A program made the position numbers and the translations under genes. Shown here piece after piece: positions 29,075 to 38,755 of a stretch of 64,000 nt of DNA. The stretch comes from a virus. Taxonomy: Duplodnaviria > Heunggongvirae > Uroviricota > Caudoviricetes. A model generated the notes under the pieces. The model made no database searches and was not told the DNA's origin. It saw nothing but the letters and a program-made list of their open reading frames with translations. The first letter of the stretch is position 1, and each line of letters begins with the position of its first letter. The stretch covers positions 19,287 through 83,286 of the IMG/VR virus record IMGVR_UViG_3300031143_000003. One strand, written 5' to 3'.

Positions 29075-29836
29075 CTACTTAGATGCAAATAAGTCATCAA
29101 ATGCTGCGCCAATATTATCGGTTTGCGTTGTGTCTGTTACTGCTGCCACAGTCTTTGATTCAGTTACTGTCTCAGGTGAACCTTCTTCACCGCCATTTAA
29201 CCAAGTAGCTAATGCTGCTTTTAGGTCATCATATGATTGCTTCTTAAAGATATCATATACGTCTTTTTGACCAGTGATGATCTTGTCTGCGATGTTTTTG
29301 TCAGACGTTGCAGGCGTTTGATTAGGCTTAACTCTAATTCCTGTTTTTGGGAAATTCCCATTTTCAGCTGGAGTATAATCAACAGAAATATCTCTACCAC
29401 CGGAAAGGTCAGTAATATCTCCGTAATCTGGATCAGCAATGAATCCTAGTAATTCGGTGTAAACTTGTTTTCCGAATCCCCAGAATTTAACACCTTCCGA
29501 TTCTTGGCCGCGTACAATAACTGGAACATATACTCTCATTTTTGGAGTTAGTTTCTTTGATAATTTCCAATCGTCTGATTTTCCTGTTGATCTTAGCTGT
29601 TGTGCAAATTCATCAACTGGATCAGCCTCTCCATATGTTACTGGCGATAGGAAGTTTTTCTTACCTAAATCATAATGGAAGTACATTTCCAAAAATGGAT
29701 TTTCTTTATTGAATTGATATGGGACGATACGTACCACGTTGTTACCTGGTTCCGGCTTCCATAAGTTGTTTTGTTTTCCTGTTTGTGATTGTAAGTTATT
29801 TAGCTTACGTCTTATTGCATCTAGATCTAGTGCCAT
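29075..29836 (-). CDS. Single-stranded DNA-binding protein (gp32-like)
   Basis: WKP..G...VRI.P, W.FGK..Y, I.D...GRD and an acidic C-terminal FDDLF. Start set by SD spacing. Confidence 0.88.
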   Translation of the reverse strand: MALDLDAIRRKLNNLQSQTGKQNNLWKPEPGNNVVRIVPYQFNKENPFLEMYFHYDLGKKNFLSPVTYGEADPVDEFAQQLRSTGKSDDWKLSKKLTPKMRVYVPVIVRGQESEGVKFWGFGKQVYTELLGFIADPDYGDITDLSGGRDISVDYTPAENGNFPKTGIRVKPNQTPATSDKNIADKIITGQKDVYDIFKKQSYDDLKAALATWLNGGEEGSPETVTESKTVAAVTDTTQTDNIGAAFDDLFASK

Positions 29837-29870
29837 AGTCATTTCTCCTTTAGTAATTATTAATTGATAT

Positions 29871-29896
29871 GTAAATATAAGAATTTTTTTTGATAT
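29871..29896 (-). promoter_or_regulatory. Bipartite early/middle-type promoter
   Basis: ATATCA-N10-TTATATTTAC upstream of the ssb gene. Confidence 0.6.
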
Positions 29897-29914
29897 AAAA
29901 AAATCCGTATGCGT

Positions 29915-30256
29915 TTATTTCCAAAATAGTTGTATTGAAATTATTGATAATGATAATAATAGTGAGGTAGCGGTCTTAATGTTAATAGACTCTCCCATAA
30001 ACACGCTTGTTAAAACTGCATATGCTGCTATGCCTATTGCAAAGCATATGAATCTGCCTGGCCAAACTTCGCCAAAATGTTCATATGCAAATTTAGTACC
30101 TAAAATTATGGTGTAGGATATTGTTGTTCCGCCGACGGCAGATAGGATGAGTGGGTTCGAGTCGAACCATTTCCATATGAACTGTCCATTTGTCTGGAAC
30201 CAGATCATTGTTTGTCCAAGCAAAAACAGGCTTGAAGCGATAAGTAAGTTATTCAT
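29915..30256 (-). CDS. Small 4-TM membrane protein (DMT/SMR-like)
   Basis: 113 aa with four hydrophobic segments and a late GE motif before the last helix. Confidence 0.55.
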   Translation of the reverse strand: MNNLLIASSLFLLGQTMIWFQTNGQFIWKWFDSNPLILSAVGGTTISYTIILGTKFAYEHFGEVWPGRFICFAIGIAAYAVLTSVFMGESINIKTATSLLLSLSIISIQLFWK

Positions 30257-30289
30257 GTAGCAATGTTTATTTGTTATTTGTTATTTGAT

Positions 30290-30315
30290 ATAAATATAAG
30301 AAAAAAATATGACAT
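30290..30315 (-). promoter_or_regulatory. Bipartite early/middle-type promoter
   Basis: ATGTCA-N10-TTATATTTAT. Confidence 0.6.
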
Positions 30316-30348
30316 AAAAAAATATTTTACTATCTTTTATGTCATATT
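30306..30348 (-). terminator. 14-bp inverted repeat, likely intrinsic terminator overlapping the promoter
   Basis: AATATGACATAAAA pairs with TTTTATGTCATATT; followed by a T-run on the minus strand. Confidence 0.55.
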
Positions 30349-30353
30349 TAATA

Positions 30354-30758
30354 TTATTTTAGTTTTGTTCGAATGTATATAATCTCTTTTACACCAGTGT
30401 TTACTTGTCGATATCCACCATCGGACGTTAACAATATACTATCAGCATAATTTTGCCAATCCAATATAAATGTCTTATCCAATACTCCATTATTTGCTAA
30501 CATTATTACTGCATTTAATGCGTTTATTGTATACAATGTATTTGTATGCTTCTTTCTATGTAATGATATAGTATTGGGTATAATTGTTATATCAACGTTT
30601 GGTTCAATGTTATATGTACACATCAACTCACGACGATCTTGTGTGTCATGTAACACAAAAATCTTATTATATAATACATCATACGTATTTATTATATTAT
30701 CGACTGTCTTTGTCAGTGTATTTGTCGTTGCAAATGTGCATAATAACTGTGTTCTCAA
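30354..30758 (-). CDS. Hypothetical protein (134 aa)
   Basis: ORF track; normal codon content in the replication block. Confidence 0.7.
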   Translation of the reverse strand: MRTQLLCTFATTNTLTKTVDNIINTYDVLYNKIFVLHDTQDRRELMCTYNIEPNVDITIIPNTISLHRKKHTNTLYTINALNAVIMLANNGVLDKTFILDWQNYADSILLTSDGGYRQVNTGVKEIIYIRTKLK

Positions 30759-30800
30759 TTTATTTCTCCAAGTTATACAATTTATTTCGGTATACTTGTT

Positions 30801-32504
30801 TTATTTTGTTGCGTTTGCAAATACTTTACCTAATTTTGGATCATCTAACACCGATTGGACTATTAATTTTTTGTCTAGTAAATATTGTAGCATACTTGAT
30901 TGACTATTTCCAGCTAATCTATTTTCATCTGAATTACCAACTTTCCTTGCGTTTTCCCATTCGGTTCGATATTCTTCGCGTCTTTCTGGATTTGTTGACA
31001 TAGATATTAGGAATCCACGATAGATATTGTCAGATGATAACTTGTTACTACCTCTTCCACTGCGCTTAAGTAATCCTCGTCCTAATCCTAGACCAATCAA
31101 TATTGTTTTTCCTAGGCCAGACTTAAGTGATGCTATTTTCTTTATGTCAACCTTACTATCGACAGATTGCTTAAACGTGTCTCTAGCGTTTGTGTGGGCT
31201 TTATCATCTAAATCAAACATTTCCGATAATATGTCTGGAGTGGTTCCAGCTGCTAAGCTTTCTCCATCTATTAGTATGGATGCACGTTGTTGTGTATGTG
31301 TTGCTACAACGTTAACGCCTTCATATGCCTTATCACTAGTTTTGTATGTGTCTTCACTATCACCAGATCTAGGTTCAACATGTTGCTTTATGAAGTCAAC
31401 GATATTGCTATTACTTTTCTTCTGATTGATATTGGTTGCACAAATTATAATATTGTCGCCATGTTCCCTATCCATATAATCTGATTTGGATGGGGTGCCA
31501 TTGTCAGTGTTATCAAATGCAACAACGTGTTCTAGGTCAATGTTGTTTAGGTCAAGTGGTAGTCCAGTGTATGGGTCCTTTCCGCCTTGTTCAAGTATCG
31601 ACCGCCAAACAAATCTACCCCTATCACTAGATGGTGGATTACCACGTTTTACAGATAATTTACCATTTTCATCCTTGGCTATGGATTTGTCGTTTTTGTT
31701 GGATGTTATACTACCATCTTCTCTAATGTATCCTAGGAAGTGTAGTCCTCTACCCTTATCGCCTGTTCCACCCTTACCAACCAATGAATTTCTGAATTCT
31801 TCTGGTAACAGTTTGTATGAATCGTTCACGAACTTGTCTGAAACTGTTATTGGCTTTGATGCGTCTACAAATTTCTTAATGTGTTTTGGTGATCCATCGC
31901 CATATGCTTTTATGAGGTAATCGGCATTATCAGTCATTGATTTGACGTCCAAATATCCTAATCTATTCTTTCCAATACCTGCATTTGGACGACCCTCATA
32001 TAACAATCCCTTTGTAAATATACCGTTTGCTGAATTCCTAGTTTCAATTGGTACATTTGACATAAGCGTGTCTATTTCACGTAATCTAGATTGTGTCTCG
32101 TCGCTATCAGCTGTGATTGCAGCTTTTTGCTTATCGGTCAAATTGGCATTGTTGTCGCCAATTAGCTTAGTTTGTATTTTTTTCGTGGTCTTGCTCTTTG
32201 TTGGCTTATCCGGCTTAGCATCATTCGACTTTTCTACTTCTCCAGCTGTTGTGTCTTTGCCGGATATAGTTACCTTTGTACTATCTCGCATTTTACCTTT
32301 CAGTTTCGATTTATATTTTGCAAAATCCGCAGAATTATTGAATCGTAGTTCGAATATGAATATATCGACTATTTCCTTTGGTATGCCCTCGGCCAATAAC
32401 ACTTGCTCGAGCATTAATACGTGTTGTGGATCATTGAAGTTTGGTGTTCCATCAGATAGTTGATGGCTCAGCTCGTTCAGTATTTTGTCTATGTCTAGTT
32501 TCAT
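30801..32504 (-). CDS. HNH endonuclease-domain protein with acidic N-terminal leader
   Basis: QGGKDPYTGLPLDLNNIDLEHVV...NIIICATNINQKKSN (betabetaalpha-Me pattern). N-terminal ILNE/LLAE. Late-type motif at 32529. Confidence 0.65.
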   Translation of the reverse strand: MKLDIDKILNELSHQLSDGTPNFNDPQHVLMLEQVLLAEGIPKEIVDIFIFELRFNNSADFAKYKSKLKGKMRDSTKVTISGKDTTAGEVEKSNDAKPDKPTKSKTTKKIQTKLIGDNNANLTDKQKAAITADSDETQSRLREIDTLMSNVPIETRNSANGIFTKGLLYEGRPNAGIGKNRLGYLDVKSMTDNADYLIKAYGDGSPKHIKKFVDASKPITVSDKFVNDSYKLLPEEFRNSLVGKGGTGDKGRGLHFLGYIREDGSITSNKNDKSIAKDENGKLSVKRGNPPSSDRGRFVWRSILEQGGKDPYTGLPLDLNNIDLEHVVAFDNTDNGTPSKSDYMDREHGDNIIICATNINQKKSNSNIVDFIKQHVEPRSGDSEDTYKTSDKAYEGVNVVATHTQQRASILIDGESLAAGTTPDILSEMFDLDDKAHTNARDTFKQSVDSKVDIKKIASLKSGLGKTILIGLGLGRGLLKRSGRGSNKLSSDNIYRGFLISMSTNPERREEYRTEWENARKVGNSDENRLAGNSQSSMLQYLLDKKLIVQSVLDDPKLGKVFANATK

Positions 32505-32544
32505 GTGTGATTTTCCTATAACTTATATTATAAATATCAAAAAT

Positions 32545-33555
32545 TTACAATTCCATTTTTTTCATAGTATGATAATTTCTGCCGACCTTTAATGAAGTTG
32601 GATATTGCATAACCTTTTGAAGATCATATAATAATTGTTTTCCGTCATCCGGACTAACATCGAATACAAACGCATCGTATACATACAGAATCATTTTACT
32701 AGATTTGCCATCTAATACTGCAAATAAGTCTTTCATTACTATGCAGTTTGATTCAGTTTCATATGCTTGGATTAAATAATTGAATAATTTTTGGGGAGTC
32801 ATCCCTTCAAAATTTGTTTTATAAAACCTACGCTTAAGAATTGGTGTCTCAATATAACCGGTACTATTATAAATATCCCATAGTTTGGAAATGTATTTAT
32901 CAATTTTGCCAAAATACGTAACACTCTTCAATTCATTTGGTACTCCACCGTACAGTATTCTAAATGTAATACGCTTGGCCTCATTATACTCATCCTTTGA
33001 TAATTCGTCCTTATCAAAGTACAATTTACCCAAATATCTGTGGAAGCCACTTGATGGCTGTTCATAATCTATTAAGTTTGCGATCAGTCTGAGATGGTAT
33101 GCGTCGTAATCGAATTCTGCTATAATGCCACAATCAAATCTACTTATGTATTTTTCCCGTGTTCCATCTTCTTTGTTTAGTGCTGCATAATTTATGCCAT
33201 TGATCGCATTAGATGGTCGACCAGTCTTAGTATACACATTGTATTTAGTATACTCCTGACCATTAGCTGTTGTTAATCCGGATGCTTCGAGTTGATTGAA
33301 TGTGTCGACTACTAGATCTTTATATTTAGCCACGCTACCAATATCTACTTTTTCGTATGATATGTTGCCCAATATGTCATTGAATTCCCGATGCTTGGAT
33401 TGAGGTATAATATCATCTAAGTCATCCCTATCCCAATACTTGCGATTAAAAAAAGAATGTGCAGGAGTATATAGTTTCTCAATATCGAGTATCACATTTT
33501 TGTCTAAGTAATGTGATATGGACAATTGTTCAAGTGTGTGGCGTATTTCTGTCAT
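32545..33555 (-). CDS. Minimal family A DNA polymerase domain
   Basis: TGRPS; motif A DYDAYHLRL; motif B AK.ITF.ILYG; NY.IQ; motif C YVYDAF. No exonuclease domain. Confidence 0.8.
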   Translation of the reverse strand: MTEIRHTLEQLSISHYLDKNVILDIEKLYTPAHSFFNRKYWDRDDLDDIIPQSKHREFNDILGNISYEKVDIGSVAKYKDLVVDTFNQLEASGLTTANGQEYTKYNVYTKTGRPSNAINGINYAALNKEDGTREKYISRFDCGIIAEFDYDAYHLRLIANLIDYEQPSSGFHRYLGKLYFDKDELSKDEYNEAKRITFRILYGGVPNELKSVTYFGKIDKYISKLWDIYNSTGYIETPILKRRFYKTNFEGMTPQKLFNYLIQAYETESNCIVMKDLFAVLDGKSSKMILYVYDAFVFDVSPDDGKQLLYDLQKVMQYPTSLKVGRNYHTMKKMEL

Positions 33556-33557
33556 AG

Positions 33558-33583
33558 TTAAATATAATAAAAATATTTGACAT
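33558..33583 (-). promoter_or_regulatory. Bipartite early/middle-type promoter
   Basis: ATGTCA-N10-TTATATTTAA, ending 2 nt before the ATG at 33555. Confidence 0.6.
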
Positions 33584-33590
33584 ATAAAAA

Positions 33591-33989
33591 CTAGGCCTTG
33601 AATTGTTCCAAATCTAGTAAATATAAATTAAGGTATCTGTTGTTTGCAGCCTTAATATAGTGTTCATTTCTATGTTTTGCATCTGTTGATTTCATTCCAC
33701 GTTCTATTGGTAGAATCGATGCGTCTACGACAAACCATTTTAGTGTTTTTGCTTCGAATATTGCAGGCAAACTGTCATTATCGGATAGCCATTTCTGAGA
33801 TACTTCAGTAACAAGTCCATCGTACCGTATAACAAATGATCTACGTATGAATCCACGTTTGTAGTCTGTCAATGTCAATTTTGGGAAATATGTTACTGGC
33901 ACCGGAGTTTCATCTGTGTCATCACGTCCAACTAATGAACTGTATCGCTGTACCATGTCTGATATCATATTGTATTTTGATTGCTTCAT
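33591..33989 (-). CDS. Hypothetical baseplate-region protein
   Basis: ORF track; coupled to the hub gene. Confidence 0.6.
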   Translation of the reverse strand: MKQSKYNMISDMVQRYSSLVGRDDTDETPVPVTYFPKLTLTDYKRGFIRRSFVIRYDGLVTEVSQKWLSDNDSLPAIFEAKTLKWFVVDASILPIERGMKSTDAKHRNEHYIKAANNRYLNLYLLDLEQFKA

Positions 33990-36900
33990 TATATCACATT
34001 GTTCCCATTACGCGTTATGCCTCTACCATAGAAATCTGCGGCTATTTTCATATTCTTTGACATAGATGGTAATTCTCCACCAAACATTTCAATATGTGCA
34101 TGATCCCATCCAATGCCATCTGAGCTACCACGCTCTAGTTTAGTTGGCACTCCAGCTTTATTGTATTGATGCTGTTTATGTGACCAATCTCCACCCCAAT
34201 CGAATCCATGACTTTTAGCAATTCGTCCAAAGTCTCCCCAAAATGCGAATGCTTTGTCTCGAGTTTTTGCTTCGCCAATCTGTGCTATTGATGCTGGACT
34301 ATTACCATATGAGTATCGTAAGTCGACAACGTCTAATGCCTGTGATGCACGTTTACCAGATGCGTCTATAGCACAATGGTTACCAAATGTTATTGTTGAT
34401 GTATTATTTACAAATTTAGAGTATTGATCTTCTAATGATCTAAATGCTGTTATTATTCTAGGTTGCCATCCGGCTGCTTGTAATTCCGACACAACGTTAT
34501 TCCATGCAGCTTGGACTGTTGGATGCAATGCTGTTGGCGATTTAGAGGATGCTGGTCCATTTGCACCCGGGGTAGCATTTGGTGAATTTTGCCTTGTGTT
34601 TGTCGGAGGTGTTGTATATGTTACCTTCGACATTTCAGTTGATCGCATCATACCTGCTATACTAGTTGTCCAGCCACTATTGTTTATATTGTGTGAAACT
34701 GTTGTTACCTGAAATACAACCTTTCCTTTGTATCGATTTGGTAGCATTCCGCCTTCATCAATCGTATCCAGCATTATTGCATTTCCCATGTATATACCAG
34801 CAAGACCTTCTAATTCAAAGTCGCATTGTATTGGTATAGGTGGCATGAAGCCAGGATTATCAACATTATTTTGAAAGATTATTTTGTCAACATATTCAGC
34901 AGCCTTATTTTGTGCAGACTGTTGATCTATTCCATATACTAGACTCTTCCAAGCTGATAGTATTAGATCATTTTTGGGGTTTGCTGCCTCAATTGGTTCA
35001 TCCGTATTCTTTGGCTTAGGAGGCGAGGTCATATTCAATGAATCATAAATCGGTGTTGCTGGGTCATTATATAAACTAAATGCAGACGTACCAACATATT
35101 CTCCGGCATTAGCGGATGATGCGGCTATATATGCTGCAGTTTGAACGCCTTTTGGTAGTTTCGACGATAAGTTGACATTTTTAATTATACCTAGATTGGT
35201 CCTAAATGTGTATACAGATAGTCGCGAATTATCTCTAATTTCAGCTGCATTTGGTGTCATATTTAAGTCAATAACTGATATTTTCCTTGGGTCATTCGCA
35301 TTGTTTTGAATATGAAAATCCCATGGATTACCACAGGCCTTGTTAACATCGTCTAATATACTATGTATATATTTGTTTAGTTCAGACTTGTTTGCATGGT
35401 ATTTCTGCAATAGCATGTCAATATTTAGCCATACACCAGACAATTGACCTCTTCCATTCTCTTTCAAGTATGGTGCAGATTTGGTCGCAACGACATTATA
35501 TCCGTTTAGGAAATTTATATTCTCTATTTTATCAAAGTTTTCTTTATTTGTCCATTCAGGTAAATTGTCACTAAACATTCCTGCTTGAGTTGGGTGGGGC
35601 ATAGCCTTATCTGATACGAGCATGCATACGTCTCTATTTACTGAGAATATATCTGGGTGTCCAAATATCTCATTTGAACTAAATAATCCATCGGCATTCA
35701 TTGTTGTACTCTTTAGCTCAGCTATTTTTGATCCAGATGTTCCCCTTGGGAATGTCATTGATAGCATTGATTCGAAGAATTCCCATGATATGAATGTCTT
35801 TTCATCAACGTCTGTCCAAGCTTTGTCTGGATTAAAGTCTTGATCCTTTGGTACAAATACTCGCGCTCCAACAACTTGACCATTGACATCGGCTATACAT
35901 ATGTTTCTACCTGACGTTGATCTGATGAAACTATATGGTTGAACGTATGATCCACCAAATATCAATTCTGATTTTCTATTTGTTGATGATACTGCGTCTA
36001 CTCCGCTGTCCGATTGTTCACCAGTCTTGTCTGCCTCGTCAATTTCACTTGGTGACATTTGCTCGAGTTTACCACCCTCGTTGAATTTGAACTTTTCATT
36101 GACGGTTTGGTCAGATATATCGGTTGACATTAATGATAGATGCGTTAACATTGCCTCAAAATCGGCAAGAGGTGTCGAAGTTGAAGTTGTTACAGGTTTA
36201 CTAACTTCACTTTTACCAAATACATAGTCTGTGTCTGTTTTTATCGATGTTGTTACGATTTTAGCTGACATTTCATTGCTTGATATATTATGCGAATTCA
36301 TAACTGAGTTTGGACTGATTATATTTAGTGTGAATGTATATCCATTGTCACTATTTGACCAGTTGAATTTTGTTATAACGCCGACCATTGCATCATATTC
36401 ACCAACAGATGATACTGATCCACCATCAATCCCTTCAGATCCATATAGATTATCAAAACCGGTTGATTGCAACGTCTTTTTTAATATGTCTTGTTGCAGC
36501 GATTCCATTGTTGAGTCTGAATTGATTATTATCGTGGATTCATCAACATCGCTCCACCCCCATTCCAATACCAATGTTATTCCTGGCATCATATATAGTT
36601 TTTCAAACCATTCTAAATCCGATTCTGCGTATATTGTGCCCTTTATTTGCGCCGATCTGATTGATCCAAGTGTACCCTTATTTGATATTGTTATTGACTC
36701 TATTGCTGGACGTGGCTTGTTTAATCTTCCGCCGCCATATAATTTTCCGTATCCTGCGCCTTCTCCCCAACTTTCCAATTTTCCGTGTTCTGGTGGATCA
36801 GTTGTATCGATTACAGATGACTGCAATATATATGCACCTGCATTTGGAAAACCTCGTTCTTCACTGGCTGCATTTGACGTCAATTTTATCCATGGCGTAC

Positions 36901-37015
36901 GTTGCATATTTGTTCTATCATACCTATTAACTGACGCTTCGGCCATTTGTAGGTTGTCTAGTTTCTGTCTGACATTTGGGTGAACCTTATCTAGAAATAC
37001 TCCTCTATAACTCAT
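33989..37015 (-). CDS. Baseplate hub-like protein with C-terminal M15 peptidase (peptidoglycan hydrolase)
   Basis: Position after the LysM-like gene. C-terminus has RSLEDQ, GNH...ALD, GFDWGGDW and DHAHIE motifs. Confidence 0.72.
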   Translation of the reverse strand: MSYRGVFLDKVHPNVRQKLDNLQMAEASVNRYDRTNMQRTPWIKLTSNAASEERGFPNAGAYILQSSVIDTTDPPEHGKLESWGEGAGYGKLYGGGRLNKPRPAIESITISNKGTLGSIRSAQIKGTIYAESDLEWFEKLYMMPGITLVLEWGWSDVDESTIIINSDSTMESLQQDILKKTLQSTGFDNLYGSEGIDGGSVSSVGEYDAMVGVITKFNWSNSDNGYTFTLNIISPNSVMNSHNISSNEMSAKIVTTSIKTDTDYVFGKSEVSKPVTTSTSTPLADFEAMLTHLSLMSTDISDQTVNEKFKFNEGGKLEQMSPSEIDEADKTGEQSDSGVDAVSSTNRKSELIFGGSYVQPYSFIRSTSGRNICIADVNGQVVGARVFVPKDQDFNPDKAWTDVDEKTFISWEFFESMLSMTFPRGTSGSKIAELKSTTMNADGLFSSNEIFGHPDIFSVNRDVCMLVSDKAMPHPTQAGMFSDNLPEWTNKENFDKIENINFLNGYNVVATKSAPYLKENGRGQLSGVWLNIDMLLQKYHANKSELNKYIHSILDDVNKACGNPWDFHIQNNANDPRKISVIDLNMTPNAAEIRDNSRLSVYTFRTNLGIIKNVNLSSKLPKGVQTAAYIAASSANAGEYVGTSAFSLYNDPATPIYDSLNMTSPPKPKNTDEPIEAANPKNDLILSAWKSLVYGIDQQSAQNKAAEYVDKIIFQNNVDNPGFMPPIPIQCDFELEGLAGIYMGNAIMLDTIDEGGMLPNRYKGKVVFQVTTVSHNINNSGWTTSIAGMMRSTEMSKVTYTTPPTNTRQNSPNATPGANGPASSKSPTALHPTVQAAWNNVVSELQAAGWQPRIITAFRSLEDQYSKFVNNTSTITFGNHCAIDASGKRASQALDVVDLRYSYGNSPASIAQIGEAKTRDKAFAFWGDFGRIAKSHGFDWGGDWSHKQHQYNKAGVPTKLERGSSDGIGWDHAHIEMFGGELPSMSKNMKIAADFYGRGITRNGNNVI

Positions 37016-37018
37016 ATA

Positions 37019-37318
37019 CTATCCTTTTTGATTGGCTTCCAATTTTGCAATAAATGCAGATGTGTCCATTGGTATACGTAATCTTATTCCTGATTCGATT
37101 TGCATCGATCCCTTACCAAGGTTATTTGATACGGCTATTATCCACCACTTAGATATATCGTTATAGAATCGATTGGCTAATATATCTAATCTATCGCCTG
37201 CCTTTGAAATGACATATAAATCGTTTGATGATGGAGGGATGACTGGATAAATGGTTGATTTGACAAACTTATTGCCGTCATCATCATTGTTTATGCCACT
37301 ATGCTTATATCTGCTCAT
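37019..37318 (-). CDS. LysM/tail-X-like baseplate protein
   Basis: GDRLDILANRFYND...WWIIA..N.L pattern. Confidence 0.75.
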   Translation of the reverse strand: MSRYKHSGINNDDDGNKFVKSTIYPVIPPSSNDLYVISKAGDRLDILANRFYNDISKWWIIAVSNNLGKGSMQIESGIRLRIPMDTSAFIAKLEANQKG

Positions 37319-37324
37319 ATCAAG

Positions 37325-38755
37325 TTATTCCTTTGGTATATCTGCTAACCATTCATTTGGTCCAAAATATGTTCTTGTTCTATCGTTTAGTCGTTTAGTA
37401 CCAAGTTGTGTCGGTAATTCATTTTCAATGGTTTGATATGATACTTCAACCTTAAATGCGCGGGGCAATGTTACACCGTCCAATATTGGTTCTTCAGCTG
37501 TAGCACCTTTCATCTTCTTGTCCTTTGATTTGAACTTATCTTTGATTTTAGCTATGGCACCGGCTAAACCAGCTTTTTCACGAAGTGTTAGTGATTTACC
37601 ATTTTTATCAGATAATCCCAATTCCCATGGTAGATCTAGATATGGAGTAATTGATACAGACACAATATATCCTTCTTCATCCTGTATATAGTTTCCAACT
37701 GACAATCTTGCCAATGGGGAAATCATTCTATAGTTATTATTGAATATTGGTGCAGTCATTCCTGACAATACATTTAATTTTTGATACATTCCCTTTAGTC
37801 CAAGATAACTGATCGCAAACACATCAAACCCAATTGTTATTGGTGCTCTACTGAACGATTTGTATGTGTGGAATGGATCTGGTCGACCAATATATGTCTT
37901 TGAATCCCATCCAGCATTGAAGCTGTTTGTTAATCCAGATAGGTTTATACCTCTAAATTCTAGTCTATCTGATCCATCTATATTTTCAAATGATATTGGG
38001 ATCATTGCGCGTTTAGCTTGTGGCGTGAATAGTTTATCGTCTGCTGAATTGTATTTGTCATAGTTTCCAGCTGAATATGTTCCTAATCCAAACGTATTTA
38101 CCAAGTCAAGTTTGCCTGCATAGTTACCATCCTCTCTAGTTTTGGATAGTATCGCAGCGATATTTTTGACGTTTGGCTTACCACTAAATGCCTTAATTAG
38201 ACGTGCCATTACAGGTATTTTTGTCGATATGAACGAGTATTCAGAGCTAGTATATAGTTTAAATAACAGTTGAGCTCCAACGAATGCTATTCCACGTGGA
38301 GACACAATTGACTTTGCTAACCTTGCAATATCAAATATTGTTCTATCAACTCGTTCAGCTAATCCACCTAATATTGGATTATCGCCTAATTCTTCAGTAC
38401 CCCATTTTTGAACCTTTGTCTTATGTTTCTTAGCTGGTCGTTGTATACCTCTAAGTATATACGGCTCACGAACGGTATATAACATACTGGTTTGCGATGA
38501 GTCCGTTTGCAAATTAAACTTTGAATATATGCCAGTAAGTCGAGATGATTGTAGATCATATATGAAGCTGTTTGGCTTTTCACTTAGCATATTTACGGTA
38601 TCACCATATCTATTTGCAGTGTTCCATTCACTTGTGTAGTTTCGTATATGTGATCCATCTTCAGCGTAGTGGACTTCATTTGCAATTATCTTAGTTATAC
38701 TACCCTTGTTTGCATTGTAGTATGATAATAAATCTGATTGTATATTTATTGGCAT
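37325..38755 (-). CDS. Baseplate/tube-initiator-like protein
   Basis: Follows the tape measure; W....YIGRPDPF.TY....R tube-fold pattern. Confidence 0.6.
   Translation of the reverse strand: MPINIQSDLLSYYNANKGSITKIIANEVHYAEDGSHIRNYTSEWNTANRYGDTVNMLSEKPNSFIYDLQSSRLTGIYSKFNLQTDSSQTSMLYTVREPYILRGIQRPAKKHKTKVQKWGTEELGDNPILGGLAERVDRTIFDIARLAKSIVSPRGIAFVGAQLLFKLYTSSEYSFISTKIPVMARLIKAFSGKPNVKNIAAILSKTREDGNYAGKLDLVNTFGLGTYSAGNYDKYNSADDKLFTPQAKRAMIPISFENIDGSDRLEFRGINLSGLTNSFNAGWDSKTYIGRPDPFHTYKSFSRAPITIGFDVFAISYLGLKGMYQKLNVLSGMTAPIFNNNYRMISPLARLSVGNYIQDEEGYIVSVSITPYLDLPWELGLSDKNGKSLTLREKAGLAGAIAKIKDKFKSKDKKMKGATAEEPILDGVTLPRAFKVEVSYQTIENELPTQLGTKRLNDRTRTYFGPNEWLADIPKE

Noticed and set aside
30268-30287. 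Short tandem TTATTTG x3
   Set aside because: Too short and AT-rich to distinguish from background in a 5' leader.
30801-32504. Cas9/IscB-like effector because of the Cas9-style HNH motif
   Set aside because: No RuvC motifs, bridge helix, CRISPR array or adjacent omega-RNA-sized gap was seen.
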